DNA of 64,000 nucleotides, from IMG/VR virus record IMGVR_UViG_3300048606_000139, one strand, 5' to 3'. The DNA is from an uncultured virus (IMG/VR IMGVR_UViG_3300048606_000139). Lineage: Duplodnaviria > Heunggongvirae > Uroviricota > Caudoviricetes. The translations under genes and the position numbers were made by a program. The notes below the pieces were generated by a model that worked only from the letters and a program-made list of their open reading frames with translations, ran no database searches and was not told the origin of the DNA. This document shows, in pieces, positions 38,017 through 46,727 of this stretch (positions are counted from its first letter, which is position 1; every line of letters begins with the position of its first letter).

Positions 38017-38475
38017 TCAGTACCCCTTCAGCTGGTCGGAGCTCGCGCGCGGCTGGCGCTGCGGAGCAGTCGTGGTGTTGGTGAACGTGGCGCCGCCAGG
38101 GCTGCCCACGGTCGACTGCGGAAGGTCGAGGATCGCGTCACCCTTCTCGTGCTTGGCGCGCAGGATGTTGAGCGCCAGCTTCTCGGGGTGATCGTTCCAA
38201 TCTTCCGGCAGCGGAAGCGTGCGCTCCGGCATCGAGCACAACTTCATGCGAACAAGCGCCATCGTGGCCTCTTTGACCATCGACTCCGTGATCGACGCCG
38301 GGTCCTGCGTCGTCGGCGGCGTGTAGCCGTTCGCGCGCAGGAACCCTTTGGTCGTGCCCGTGCTCTGCTCGATGATCGTCGAGAGGCTTATGCCCGAACC
38401 GCTGAGCTGCGAACGCACGACGTTCGCGCCCATGGCGGCGTACACATAAGCCTCATCGATGTAGCGATCGGCCAC
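38017..38475 (-). CDS. Head-tail adaptor (Mu gp36-like)
   Basis: Position, size, GY..P and LDL motifs; GGAG RBS. Confidence 0.6.
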   Translation of the reverse strand: MADRYIDEAYVYAAMGANVVRSQLSGSGISLSTIIEQSTGTTKGFLRANGYTPPTTQDPASITESMVKEATMALVRMKLCSMPERTLPLPEDWNDHPEKLALNILRAKHEKGDAILDLPQSTVGSPGGATFTNTTTAPQRQPRASSDQLKGY

Positions 38476-38487
38476 GCACAGCTCCGA

Positions 38488-39177
38488 TCACTTGTTGGAT
38501 TTGGTCGTCGCAGCCGATGGAGTTGCTGGGCGCGTCGCGCGCTCTTCCTCGAGCGCCTTTGCGACAGCGGCTTCGAGCTTGGTTTCGAACTCCACCGCCT
38601 GCGCAGCGAGCAGCGCCTTGATCTCGTCCATGCTGAAGCCGGTCGCTTGCGCGCCAGCGCCGTCTCTGGCGTTGACCGCATTCGCGAGCAGACGCGCCAT
38701 CGACAGCTCATGGGCCTTGGCTTCGATGTCGACGTCGACAGGAATGTCTCTGACAACCTCGAGGACCGAGATCAGCGGCTTCATGTCGCGTCCCGTGGCG
38801 CGCTGGAACTCGGAGGCAACGCTCACCGCGAACGTGTCGCGCAGCTCGTTTTGCTTTTTCCGCAGCTCGTCGGCGTCTGGGTACTGCGACTCATCACCCA
38901 CGCCATCCTTGACGTGCTTGGCCAGCGCTCGGGCATGGCTGCGCTCGGCCGCCGCGATCTCTTCCGGCTCGTCCTCCACCTGCGCCATGATGTCGGGCAA
39001 CGCGGTGGACAGAACCTGGATGCGGTTGAGGCCCTTGTTCAGCAGGTGACCACCGCTGAGCCCCTGCGTCGCTGGCCGGCACTCGACGATCAGTTCGACC
39101 ATCGTTTCGCCGCGTTTGTACGGCTCATGCCGCGTGGACACTGGCCGTGCCAGCTTGATATGTTCTGCCGCTTGCAT
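38488..39177 (-). CDS. Hypothetical protein downstream of capsid
   Basis: GGAG RBS; coiled-coil C-terminus. Confidence 0.65.
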   Translation of the reverse strand: MQAAEHIKLARPVSTRHEPYKRGETMVELIVECRPATQGLSGGHLLNKGLNRIQVLSTALPDIMAQVEDEPEEIAAAERSHARALAKHVKDGVGDESQYPDADELRKKQNELRDTFAVSVASEFQRATGRDMKPLISVLEVVRDIPVDVDIEAKAHELSMARLLANAVNARDGAGAQATGFSMDEIKALLAAQAVEFETKLEAAVAKALEEERATRPATPSAATTKSNK

Positions 39178-39222
39178 TTGTCTGCACTCCGTTAGTTGTC
39201 TGTCTGCTCGGGTAAACTCTTT

Positions 39223-39260
39223 GGGCGGCGACTAGCGGCAGACAGCGCCCGCCGCCGCCC
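39223..39260 (-). terminator. GC-rich hairpin after capsid gene
   Basis: GGGCGGCG...CGCCGCCC inverted repeat; no clear U tract. Confidence 0.3.
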
Positions 39261-39271
39261 TCAGAGATCGA

Positions 39272-40246
39272 TCAGGCGACGATCTGACGGTTGGCCAGCA
39301 TCCACGCCTCGGGCGCGGGCACGTAGTCGCCCTCCACGCCGTAGACGAACTTGTCTTCGAAGAAGCGCTTGGGGCTCGACATGTCGACCATGTTGATCGC
39401 GGTGATCGGTCGACCAATGAGCAGCTGCATCGGGCGGGTGTTGCCCTTGCTGAGGTCGAGCACCTCCCACCAGTCGTCCATGGTTCCGACGAGATTCGGA
39501 TCCATGATCGGCTGCAGGATGCCTTGGAACACGTTGCCGATTCCGGCCGCGGCCACGACGCCCGATGTCACCTCGGTTCCGGAGACGTTGACGGAAGCGA
39601 TGCGCACGGTGCTCTGGAGTACCGCCGACACCTGCATCGCGAGCTTGGGTCCGAAGCGGATATGCGTCGGCGTGATGCGCATGCTCAACCCGTTCTCGGC
39701 GCGCAGGCTCATCATCTGCGCCATGACAACGTCGAGGTTCTGCGCGTTGAACGGCAGCGTGCCAGTATTGCTCTGCAGCGCGCCGGCAGGGCCGTCGGGA
39801 TGCGAAGCGCTGAACATGCCGACCGCGTCGAAGCCAGTCGGGCCAAGCCCAGAGTTCGACGTGTACAGCGCGTGGACCGCGATGTCGTACGCAGCCGCTT
39901 GCTGCGCGACGAAGTCGCTGATCATGCCCGAGACCTGACCTTGCTGGTCACGGTAGGACAAGGTCATGCGCGGAATCTCGAGCGTGTCTTCGTATCGCTC
40001 GAGGGTGACGCGCTGCGAGTAGGAGCGCGGCATCTTGGAACGGCGCGAGCCGGTCCATTTCCGCATCATCGCCGCACGCGTGATGATGTTCTGCTCGGTG
40101 GTCTCGTTGGTCACGCCCGTTTGCACGCGCGTGTACTTCGAATACTCACCTGGCAGAACGGCCTGCCGGAACACCGACTCGGCCAGCGTGTCGAACGCCA
40201 AGTTCGCGTTCGCTAGGCCCTCTTCAAATACTGCACTAGATGACAT
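39272..40246 (-). CDS. Major capsid protein (Mu gpT-like)
   Basis: MRKWTGSR, YEDTLEIPR, GFDAVGMFSASHP, W.VLDLS...RP, F...KFVYGV motifs. Confidence 0.88.
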   Translation of the reverse strand: MSSSAVFEEGLANANLAFDTLAESVFRQAVLPGEYSKYTRVQTGVTNETTEQNIITRAAMMRKWTGSRRSKMPRSYSQRVTLERYEDTLEIPRMTLSYRDQQGQVSGMISDFVAQQAAAYDIAVHALYTSNSGLGPTGFDAVGMFSASHPDGPAGALQSNTGTLPFNAQNLDVVMAQMMSLRAENGLSMRITPTHIRFGPKLAMQVSAVLQSTVRIASVNVSGTEVTSGVVAAAGIGNVFQGILQPIMDPNLVGTMDDWWEVLDLSKGNTRPMQLLIGRPITAINMVDMSSPKRFFEDKFVYGVEGDYVPAPEAWMLANRQIVA

Positions 40247-40279
40247 TTGTCGTACTCAACTTTCAGTCAGAGGGCCAGA

Positions 40280-40720
40280 TCAGGTTGCGTCGAGCATCGC
40301 GAACGCGCCGAGTCGCACCCATGCGAACGTCGCGGACTCGAGACGCAGAAAAATTCCGATTTGCGGGCCGAGGGTCGTGACGTTGGTCACGCCTTCGTCG
40401 TCCGCCGCGTAGATGGCGTCGTTGCGGAGAGCTGCGACCACGGTTGCCGCACACGGCAGGCACACGTCGAAGCCGGTCTCGAACTCGCCAACGAGTACGC
40501 CGTCGCCGGTTGCACGCTGGCGATTGCCGTTCACGCCGGTGAACATTCCGGCGAACGTGATAGCCGTGCTGTCAGCAGCAGGAACCAGCGTTCCAGTCGC
40601 CGTGTGACAAACGAGCGCGTCGTTGTACAGGACAGAAGACGTCGCGATCAGCGCGGCGCCCTTGATTACGTTTGCATTGTTCTCGCGCGCGCGGTCAACG
40701 CTTGCGGCTAGAGCAGTCAT
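40280..40720 (-). CDS. Capsid decoration/cement protein
   Basis: MTALAA.., G.LVPA, IYAADD..V; between protease and capsid. Confidence 0.75.
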   Translation of the reverse strand: MTALAASVDRARENNANVIKGAALIATSSVLYNDALVCHTATGTLVPAADSTAITFAGMFTGVNGNRQRATGDGVLVGEFETGFDVCLPCAATVVAALRNDAIYAADDEGVTNVTTLGPQIGIFLRLESATFAWVRLGAFAMLDAT

Positions 40721-42195
40721 TGTACAGCCACCTTCCCGCCGCGTTTCTCGGCGATCTTTTGGAGCGCCAACTTTTCGTTGATGCCCGCATTCATCAAAAA
40801 CGAAACCGTGTCGCGCTCGATCGCGGACAAGCCGGAGAGTTCGACGGTCGCCACGCTCGCGTTGCCGCGTGGATCAGCACCTGACAGATCCACGCTAAGC
40901 GGGACGATCTGCTCCGCGTACGTCTCGGCAGCGAGCGCTGGATCGAGTTCGAACAGCCGCTTTGCGCGCGCCAGGTTCTCGTCACCGTTGCGCACGAAGC
41001 CGCCAGCCTGCAGCGCTTTGACCTTGTCGGTCAGCGCCACGTCGGCAACGGCCTTAGCTTCCGCCGCACGCTTCGTCGCCGCTGCCTTGTCTTCGTCGTC
41101 GCGTTTCTTCGCGGCTGCGTTCAGCACCGCTACCTGCTCTGAGAGCGCGACCACTTTGGACTCCTGCGCGCTCAGCTGCAGCGTCAGCACTTCATTGCTG
41201 CGCGCGGTCATCGGCGTGGCGTCGCTGATCGAGCCGTCCCGAGTCCCGGTCACGATGGCGATCACCTTGTCGAGGTTGTCCATCAGCGCGCCGATCACTT
41301 CGTCAGCCGACTTGCCGGACTTGTCGGCGATGGCCATCAACACGGCGCTCGCGTCGGGCGCTGCCGCGGTCTCGTCAGTCGCAGGCGGGTCGCCGCCGTT
41401 GGCGTCAAGTTCCTTGGCCTTCTTGGCTTCGTCCGCGGCTTTTGCGTCTTCCTCGCTCTTTAGCTCTTCGGCGGTTTTCTCGGCGGGCGGAGGCGCGGCG
41501 GCCAACGCTTTCTGTTTGTCGAACTCGTCGGCTGCGTCGGCCATTGCTTTTGCTTTCTCTGCCTTGGCGGCGAGTTCGCTCGCCTTCTTTTGTTCGGGCG
41601 ACATGTCGCTCATGGCTGCGGTCCATGTGAGTTGGACCGGCTGAAGCCCGTCCTGAAACGGGTCATTGGTGAGGGCGACCGACAGAAGGTCAGCGCCGAT
41701 GTCTTCCCCGGTGACGCGGTCGATCGCCTTGAACGCGATGACCGGCGAACACGTGCGGTACTCGCGAGCGCGCAGCATCGAGGTTGCGCGCGACGTCCAG
41801 TGCATGAATGCCCAGAGGTTGTCGCCGCCGTCGCGCAGCTCGACCTTCACCACTTCGCCAGACGACGGCTTCGCGTCCGTGGCGTCGTAGTTGCGGGAGG
41901 CGTGCTCGTAGTCAGCGTTGACGGGCGTGGTGCGGCGCTGGTTGTTGCGCGCGATCTCGTCGAACAGTTCGTGGGTGAACTCGAACGGGCCTTTGGGGTG
42001 CCCCTTCCATTCGCCGACGCGCGCTACGTGCAGCCAGCCGAATGAACGGCCCGGCTCGTCTGGATCGTCGACCAACCCCTTGACGTCGATCGGTCGCAGC
42101 TCGGTGAGGCAAAGCAATTTGCTCGTGCCGTACTCGAACGCGACCGCTGACGAACCGTGGGCCAACCAACCTCTTGCGATCGGCTGGTGGGCCAA
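40717..42195 (-). CDS. Prohead protease + scaffold (Mu gpI-like)
   Basis: G.WKGHP.GPF, DYEHAS, WT.RA..ML..REYR..SP, LLSVALTNDPF; charged helical C-terminus. Confidence 0.88.
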   Translation of the reverse strand: MAHQPIARGWLAHGSSAVAFEYGTSKLLCLTELRPIDVKGLVDDPDEPGRSFGWLHVARVGEWKGHPKGPFEFTHELFDEIARNNQRRTTPVNADYEHASRNYDATDAKPSSGEVVKVELRDGGDNLWAFMHWTSRATSMLRAREYRTCSPVIAFKAIDRVTGEDIGADLLSVALTNDPFQDGLQPVQLTWTAAMSDMSPEQKKASELAAKAEKAKAMADAADEFDKQKALAAAPPPAEKTAEELKSEEDAKAADEAKKAKELDANGGDPPATDETAAAPDASAVLMAIADKSGKSADEVIGALMDNLDKVIAIVTGTRDGSISDATPMTARSNEVLTLQLSAQESKVVALSEQVAVLNAAAKKRDDEDKAAATKRAAEAKAVADVALTDKVKALQAGGFVRNGDENLARAKRLFELDPALAAETYAEQIVPLSVDLSGADPRGNASVATVELSGLSAIERDTVSFLMNAGINEKLALQKIAEKRGGKVAVQ

Positions 42196-42233
42196 TCGTG
42201 CACGGTTGAGGTTGCTTCCACGCCGAATCGCTG

Positions 42234-42258
42234 GGCAGGCGGGCCGTAGTGGGCAGCG
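42234..42258 (-). promoter_or_regulatory. Conserved intergenic motif copy 2 (putative late promoter)
   Basis: 25/25 identity with 25274-25298; upstream of protease-capsid genes. Confidence 0.65.
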
Positions 42259-44829
42259 TTAGGCGTCGAGCCGAGCGACTGGCGGACCATCGAAGCCGGG
42301 GTCAGGTTCGCCGCCCGCGGGAATCTCACCGAGTATCTCGCGGCCTTTCGCTTCGTCGCGCGACAGCGTGACCATTGAACAACGGCAGTTGCTGGTGAAG
42401 ATGCCGTTAGCTACAATCCACCCGAAAGGTGACTCAAGGTCATAGACATAACCATGAAACGACTCGCGCTCGACACTGACTACCTTGTCCAGAAATACAT
42501 CTCCGGCATGTCCCTGAAGCAGCTCGCTAACGAGACCGGGGTTAGCCGTCCCGCTCTCCTGAGTCGTTTGGTAAGCCGAGGCGTGCACATCCGCGGCAGA
42601 TCCGAGGCGGAGCTCCTCAAGTGGTCCACCCTCAAACTCAGCAGACCGCGCGTCGAACGTCAGTGCGCTGCCGCCTGGCGCGTTGCCAGGGTCCGGGAAC
42701 ACACCGACGCCGAGGTCCGGCTGCGCGCTGCCACGAACTTCGCACGCATCACGCGCAAGGGTCGCGGCGAAGACGGCGTCGCAACGCTCATCCGCGGCCT
42801 TGGCATCGAGGTCACGCAACAACGAGCTTTTGGTCGATACAACGTCGACCTCGCCTTGGATGTGTACCGCGTCGCCGTAGAAATCATCGGCAACTGGCCT
42901 AAGCCTGGAGGCGGCACCGTTCCGTACAAAAAACGCGTCAAACACATCCTCGATCTTGGCTGGGGGATTCTTTGGATCGACCTCACCAAACACAAGCCTT
43001 TCGACCCCCCCACGGTAGCTGAGCACGTACTGGCCATTACGAACGCTCGCCGCAACGGCGAAGCCATCGGCGGTAAGCAGTGGGTGATTCGGGGTGACGG
43101 AAAGCGTGCGACCGGACTCAGTGCAAAGCTTCACGAGCTCACCGGAGTAGAGTGCCCGGACCGCGGTTTCGAACGTCCCTTGGGTTACCACTCCGGCTGG
43201 GAAGCAGCGGAAGCCGTTCGGGGGTGAGATCTTGTGCCACGCCGGACTCGCCGAGTGATAGCAAGTGCCAGCAAGGATCGCGTGCGATGGCCTAACAACC
43301 GCGTCGCCAACGGTGCGGTATTCGACGAACGGACGCGCTTCAACAACATCCGGATCTGTCATCGCGCGGAAACGTCCGGCGCCGTATGCCGCTTGCACGT
43401 TAGTTCTAAAGACTGTATTTCCAGTAACCAGACCCGCGATTGTAAAGTACCCGTGGGTCGTTGAAAGGTTGTACACGTGCCCAGAAAACTCTCTGACACT
43501 GACCGAGACAACGCGGTCAAACTCTATCTCTCCGGCCTCAGCGTCGATGACATCGCCGCCAAGACGGGGTTCAATAGAGGCATACTCTTCATCGCGATTC
43601 GAGAAGCCGGCGTCAACCGCTCGCTGCGCGACGCGCGCGCCAGCTACTTCGCTCGCGGCGGGAAGTCCGGATGCAAAACGCCGCGCGGGGATATCCCGAT
43701 CGACGAACTCGCCGCGCGCTACGTTGCCGGGGAGAGCGCCAACGAACTCGCTATTCGGTTCAAGGCCAGCCACTGCGCCATCAGCCAACGACTTCGGCGC
43801 GCTGGCGTTCTCTACCGGAACATCGCAGAAGCCGCACCGCTGCGTCACTACGACAAGATTTCCGCAAGCACCGCAAAAAGCAGGAGCCGCCGTGTCGGAC
43901 GCGGCGAAGACGTACTCGCCGATTGGTTGACGGAGCGCGGAGAAACTCCCGATCCGCAATACCCGTGCGGGCCGTACAACATCGACATTGCGATCAGCCC
44001 CGTCGCCGTGGAAGTCACCGGGGGAACCATCCACCCGTTCCACGACGTCCGCAATCGCAAGCGCGTCGAACACCTCCGAGATGCTGGGTGGTGGTGCTGT
44101 TACGTCATCATGTCCCAGAATCACAAAACCCTGCTTCCGTGCGTGGCCGACAAGATCGTCGCCTTCGCAAAGCTCGCCCGCAGCTCGCCAGCCAGCGCGC
44201 GTGAGCATTGGGTGATTCGGGGTTGCGGAGAACTTGCGGCCGTTGCTCGTGACGACCTCGACCATGGTCCCCTCGTGCCACCGTCGGTGAGCTGCGGTTA
44301 CCACCGCAGCGGTAACAGGCGTGCCACCCGGCAAGCACTCTAGGTACGCCGGGTCTTGTGCGCTCAACCCCAACCTTGCCGTTCCAGCCTGAATCGCATC
44401 CGCGAACTGCTTGAAGGTCGAACCCTCGGCAATCGCCGACTCCAGCCGCGCGCGCACCAACGTCTGCACCTGCTCGAGCATCAGCTCGCGTGCCTTCGCT
44501 GACCGCTGCGCATAGTCGCCGAGCATTTTCGCGAACTCGTCAGGCGACATCAGCCCGCGCGCCTTCCACTCCGCGATGGCCTCATCCCATGGCAGATCGA
44601 GAAACGCGGTCACTTCGTTGGAGGCGTCGAGCTGGATCGTGTGCGCCTCGCGGCCGTACACCATCAGCTGGCCCGCAAGATCTGACAGCACAGCCGGCAC
44701 GTAGATGGCGTCGCCGATCGCCTCGAACACGCTGGTGGACTTCGCCCAACCGCTCAGCTTCTTGGCCACGGCGGCGGGCGTCTTGGCAGCACGAACGATG
44801 GCCGCGATCTCGGCGAGACCATCCTGCAT
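42259..44829 (-). CDS. MuF / SPP1 gp7-like head morphogenesis protein with two inteins (276 aa after splicing)
   Basis: Spliced sequence restores YLE|TVFRTNVQAAYGAGR, EYRTVGD..VRPSH and PPNGFR|CRC. Confidence 0.9.
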   Translation of the reverse strand: MQDGLAEIAAIVRAAKTPAAVAKKLSGWAKSTSVFEAIGDAIYVPAVLSDLAGQLMVYGREAHTIQLDASNEVTAFLDLPWDEAIAEWKARGLMSPDEFAKMLGDYAQRSAKARELMLEQVQTLVRARLESAIAEGSTFKQFADAIQAGTARLGLSAQDPAYLECLPGGTPVTAAVVTAAHRRWHEGTMVEVVTSNGRKFSATPNHPMLTRAGWRAAGELCEGDDLVGHARKQGFVILGHDDVTAPPPSISEVFDALAIADVVERVDGSPGDFHGDGADRNVDVVRPARVLRIGSFSALRQPIGEYVFAASDTAAPAFCGACGNLVVVTQRCGFCDVPVENASAPKSLADGAVAGLEPNSEFVGALPGNVARGEFVDRDIPARRFASGLPAASEVAGARVAQRAVDAGFSNRDEEYASIEPRLGGDVIDAEAGEIEFDRVVSVSVREFSGHVYNLSTTHGYFTIAGLVTGNTVFRTNVQAAYGAGRFRAMTDPDVVEARPFVEYRTVGDAVVRPSHAILAGTCYHSASPAWHKISPPNGFRCFPAGVVTQGTFETAVRALYSGELVKLCTESGRTLSVTPNHPLLTADGFAVAASVRNGQYVLSYRGGVERLVFGEVDPKNPPAKIEDVFDAFFVRNGAASRLRPVADDFYGDAVHIQGEVDVVSTKSSLLRDLDAKAADERCDAVFAATLARDACEVRGSAQPDLGVGVFPDPGNAPGGSALTFDARSAEFEGGPLEELRLGSAADVHASAYQTTQESGTANPGLVSELLQGHAGDVFLDKVVSVERESFHGYVYDLESPFGWIVANGIFTSNCRCSMVTLSRDEAKGREILGEIPAGGEPDPGFDGPPVARLDA
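42388..43206 (-). mobile_element. MuF intein 2 (273 aa)
   Basis: CFPAG start, VTPNHPLLT block B, HGYVYDLES...ANGIFTSN|C end. Confidence 0.88.
42454..43227 (+). CDS. HTH + Vsr/DUF559-like PD-(D/E)xK endonuclease, antisense to intein 2
   Basis: YISGMSLKQLANETGVSRPALLSRL HTH; GRGED..., QRAFGRYNVDLAL...VAVEIIG, R....LDLGW.ILWI. Confidence 0.8.
   Translation: MKRLALDTDYLVQKYISGMSLKQLANETGVSRPALLSRLVSRGVHIRGRSEAELLKWSTLKLSRPRVERQCAAAWRVARVREHTDAEVRLRAATNFARITRKGRGEDGVATLIRGLGIEVTQQRAFGRYNVDLALDVYRVAVEIIGNWPKPGGGTVPYKKRVKHILDLGWGILWIDLTKHKPFDPPTVAEHVLAITNARRNGEAIGGKQWVIRGDGKRATGLSAKLHELTGVECPDRGFERPLGYHSGWEAAEAVRG
43417..44337 (-). mobile_element. MuF intein 1 (307 aa)
   Basis: CLPGGT start, ATPNHPMLT block B, SGHVYNLST..GYF.IAGLVTGN|T end. 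Confidence 0.88.
43477..44343 (+). CDS. Double-HTH + Vsr/DUF559-like endonuclease, antisense to intein 1
   Basis: Two Y..G.S...IA HTH repeats; GRGED.L, QYPCGPYNIDIA..VAVEVTGG..H, R...LRDAGW; AAAGG RBS before GTG. Confidence 0.82.
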   Translation: MPRKLSDTDRDNAVKLYLSGLSVDDIAAKTGFNRGILFIAIREAGVNRSLRDARASYFARGGKSGCKTPRGDIPIDELAARYVAGESANELAIRFKASHCAISQRLRRAGVLYRNIAEAAPLRHYDKISASTAKSRSRRVGRGEDVLADWLTERGETPDPQYPCGPYNIDIAISPVAVEVTGGTIHPFHDVRNRKRVEHLRDAGWWCCYVIMSQNHKTLLPCVADKIVAFAKLARSSPASAREHWVIRGCGELAAVARDDLDHGPLVPPSVSCGYHRSGNRRATRQAL

Positions 44830-44858
44830 CGCGTGCGCGGTTTGCGTGACGCCGCGGA

Positions 44859-46619
44859 CTACGAGCGTTGATGGTCGACCGATGCGCCGCGAAGCATCTC
44901 GGCGAGTTGCCTCGCTAAGTGACCAGAAATCGGCGAAGTCGTCGGCGCCGGCGATTGTGTGTGGGTCAACTCCAGCTGCTTCGTTGGCTGCCGCGATGAG
45001 CGGCTCAGGACTTTTGGGTCGGTCGCTGCTCCGGTGGTACTCAGCTGCGGTGGACCGGCCGCGGAGGGCGCGGTAAACCCCTTGCCGATGGTGCCCATGA
45101 TCTCTTCGACGGCGGCAACGTCCATGTTGAAGCCGCGTTTGATGATCGCCACTACGGTGTCGCGCGGAAGGTCGCCGGCGGCGGCGGTCTTCAACACGTC
45201 AACGAGGCTCGAGATCTGCGCACCATTCATCGCTGTGTCAGCCAACTTCGGCGCATCGGTCGTCGCAATGGTTGGCGCCGCGAGCACGCCAGCCGTGTCG
45301 TCCGCTGCACTCGTAATTGGCGCATTCTCATCCAGCGTCTTGCCTAGATCGCCGCCGCTCGAGATCGCCGGCAGTCGCCCGCCGCTCTGCGTCTGCAGAT
45401 CTTGAACGTCGGTCTTCACTTCGTCGGACGCGGTCTTCGCTTCCAACGTCGGAATGGGCGGCATCTTTCCGCCGAACCGATGCAAGTTGAATTGCAGCCC
45501 CCACTTGAACACGCTGCGCTCGATCGAGCTACTGAACCCAAGGCCATCGTTGACCATGCGCGGGTCCATCGTCGCGCCCGTGCGCGTATTCACCGCGCCT
45601 TGCGAGCCGTTCTCGCCGGGATCAACCGCGTCGCTTGAGCCGAGGAACAGCTTGGAAAGCATGCGGTCCATGCGGTCCAGGAAGATCGAGTGCATCGACT
45701 GACCGCTGGTGGACACCGCGGTCTCGATCGTGCTGAGTTCGCCCGCCATTTTGAAGACCGCGGTGTGATCGAACAGCAGCCGGTCCATGCGATCCTGGTT
45801 CGCGAGCATGGTTGCTTCCGGCGTGTTCTCCGGAACGCGCATGTAAAGCAGCGGCTGACCGTTACGTTCCGTATTCTGAACGTAATACTTCTCGATCCAA
45901 CGCTTCCAAATCCACACCCAGATCGCGCTACGCATGATGCCCGCGACGTTTGGGTAGCCGCTGACCATCTGGTACGTGTGGACAATGAACTTGTCGGGCC
46001 GCAGCGCCATGCCGTACACGGGATCAGCGGTCTTGCAGCGCTGCATGATCATCCCGCGGTCGTACAATCGCGGCTGCCACTGCGCATCGAAACGGAACCG
46101 ATGCCCGTGCAGCGGCTTGATCTCACGCAGGTAGATCTCGCGCACGGGCCCGGAGTTGTCCGGCTCCCACATCATCTCGGCAAACGCGGTGCCGGGGAAA
46201 ATGGCGTGCAGCAGATGCCGCTGCGCCTCATGCCAGTTCTCGCACCGGCCGATCAGCTCACTGCAGAAGTCCGCCGCGGCTCGTGCCATCGCACGGTCGC
46301 CAAACTTGTTGGGCTTGACGATCCACTCGGCCTGCTCGACGCGCGCCTTACGCGACTCGTACAGCGACGCGATGGTGGCGTCGGTGGAGATCACGAACTC
46401 GCAGAGGTCGTACCAGTCGTCCAGGTAGCCCTGGTCCAGCTTGTAGAGGATCGCCGACAGCTGCGGCGCCCACATGTCGCCGAATCGGCCGGGGACACGG
46501 AAGCGTTCGGACTGCGTGATCGGCGCGTAGGTGCCACGCGGCAGATACGCCGGCAGCGCTGCCGCGAGGTCGGGCGTCACAGTGATTCCGTCCCGTGACA
46601 CGAACGCGGTTGTGGACAC
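44859..46619 (-). CDS. Portal protein (DUF935 / Mu gp29-like)
   Basis: D....S....RK..V....W.V.P, AI..G..F.E..W, KFIVH, G..R...W.W..K, ERNGQP, SKLFLG motifs. Confidence 0.88.
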   Translation of the reverse strand: MSTTAFVSRDGITVTPDLAAALPAYLPRGTYAPITQSERFRVPGRFGDMWAPQLSAILYKLDQGYLDDWYDLCEFVISTDATIASLYESRKARVEQAEWIVKPNKFGDRAMARAAADFCSELIGRCENWHEAQRHLLHAIFPGTAFAEMMWEPDNSGPVREIYLREIKPLHGHRFRFDAQWQPRLYDRGMIMQRCKTADPVYGMALRPDKFIVHTYQMVSGYPNVAGIMRSAIWVWIWKRWIEKYYVQNTERNGQPLLYMRVPENTPEATMLANQDRMDRLLFDHTAVFKMAGELSTIETAVSTSGQSMHSIFLDRMDRMLSKLFLGSSDAVDPGENGSQGAVNTRTGATMDPRMVNDGLGFSSSIERSVFKWGLQFNLHRFGGKMPPIPTLEAKTASDEVKTDVQDLQTQSGGRLPAISSGGDLGKTLDENAPITSAADDTAGVLAAPTIATTDAPKLADTAMNGAQISSLVDVLKTAAAGDLPRDTVVAIIKRGFNMDVAAVEEIMGTIGKGFTAPSAAGPPQLSTTGAATDPKVLSRSSRQPTKQLELTHTQSPAPTTSPISGHLARQLAEMLRGASVDHQRS

Positions 46620-46704
46620 GCTCGAGTGCCACGGGACGGAGTGGAGGAGTATCCGTACGCAACAGCCGGCACGCTGTCAGTCTGGGCGGTGTGTGTGCGC
46701 TATC

Positions 46705-46727
46705 GGAAGGCGGGCTGTAGTGGGCAG
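46705..46727 (-). promoter_or_regulatory. Conserved intergenic motif copy 3 (putative late promoter)
   Basis: GGAAGGCGGGCTGTAGTGGGCAG, 21/23 match to copies 1-2; upstream of portal. Confidence 0.6.

Noticed and set aside
39272..46619. Mu-like transposable phage
   Set aside because: Head genes are Mu-like, but no MuA/MuB transposition genes, Mor/C or gemA were recognised in the window
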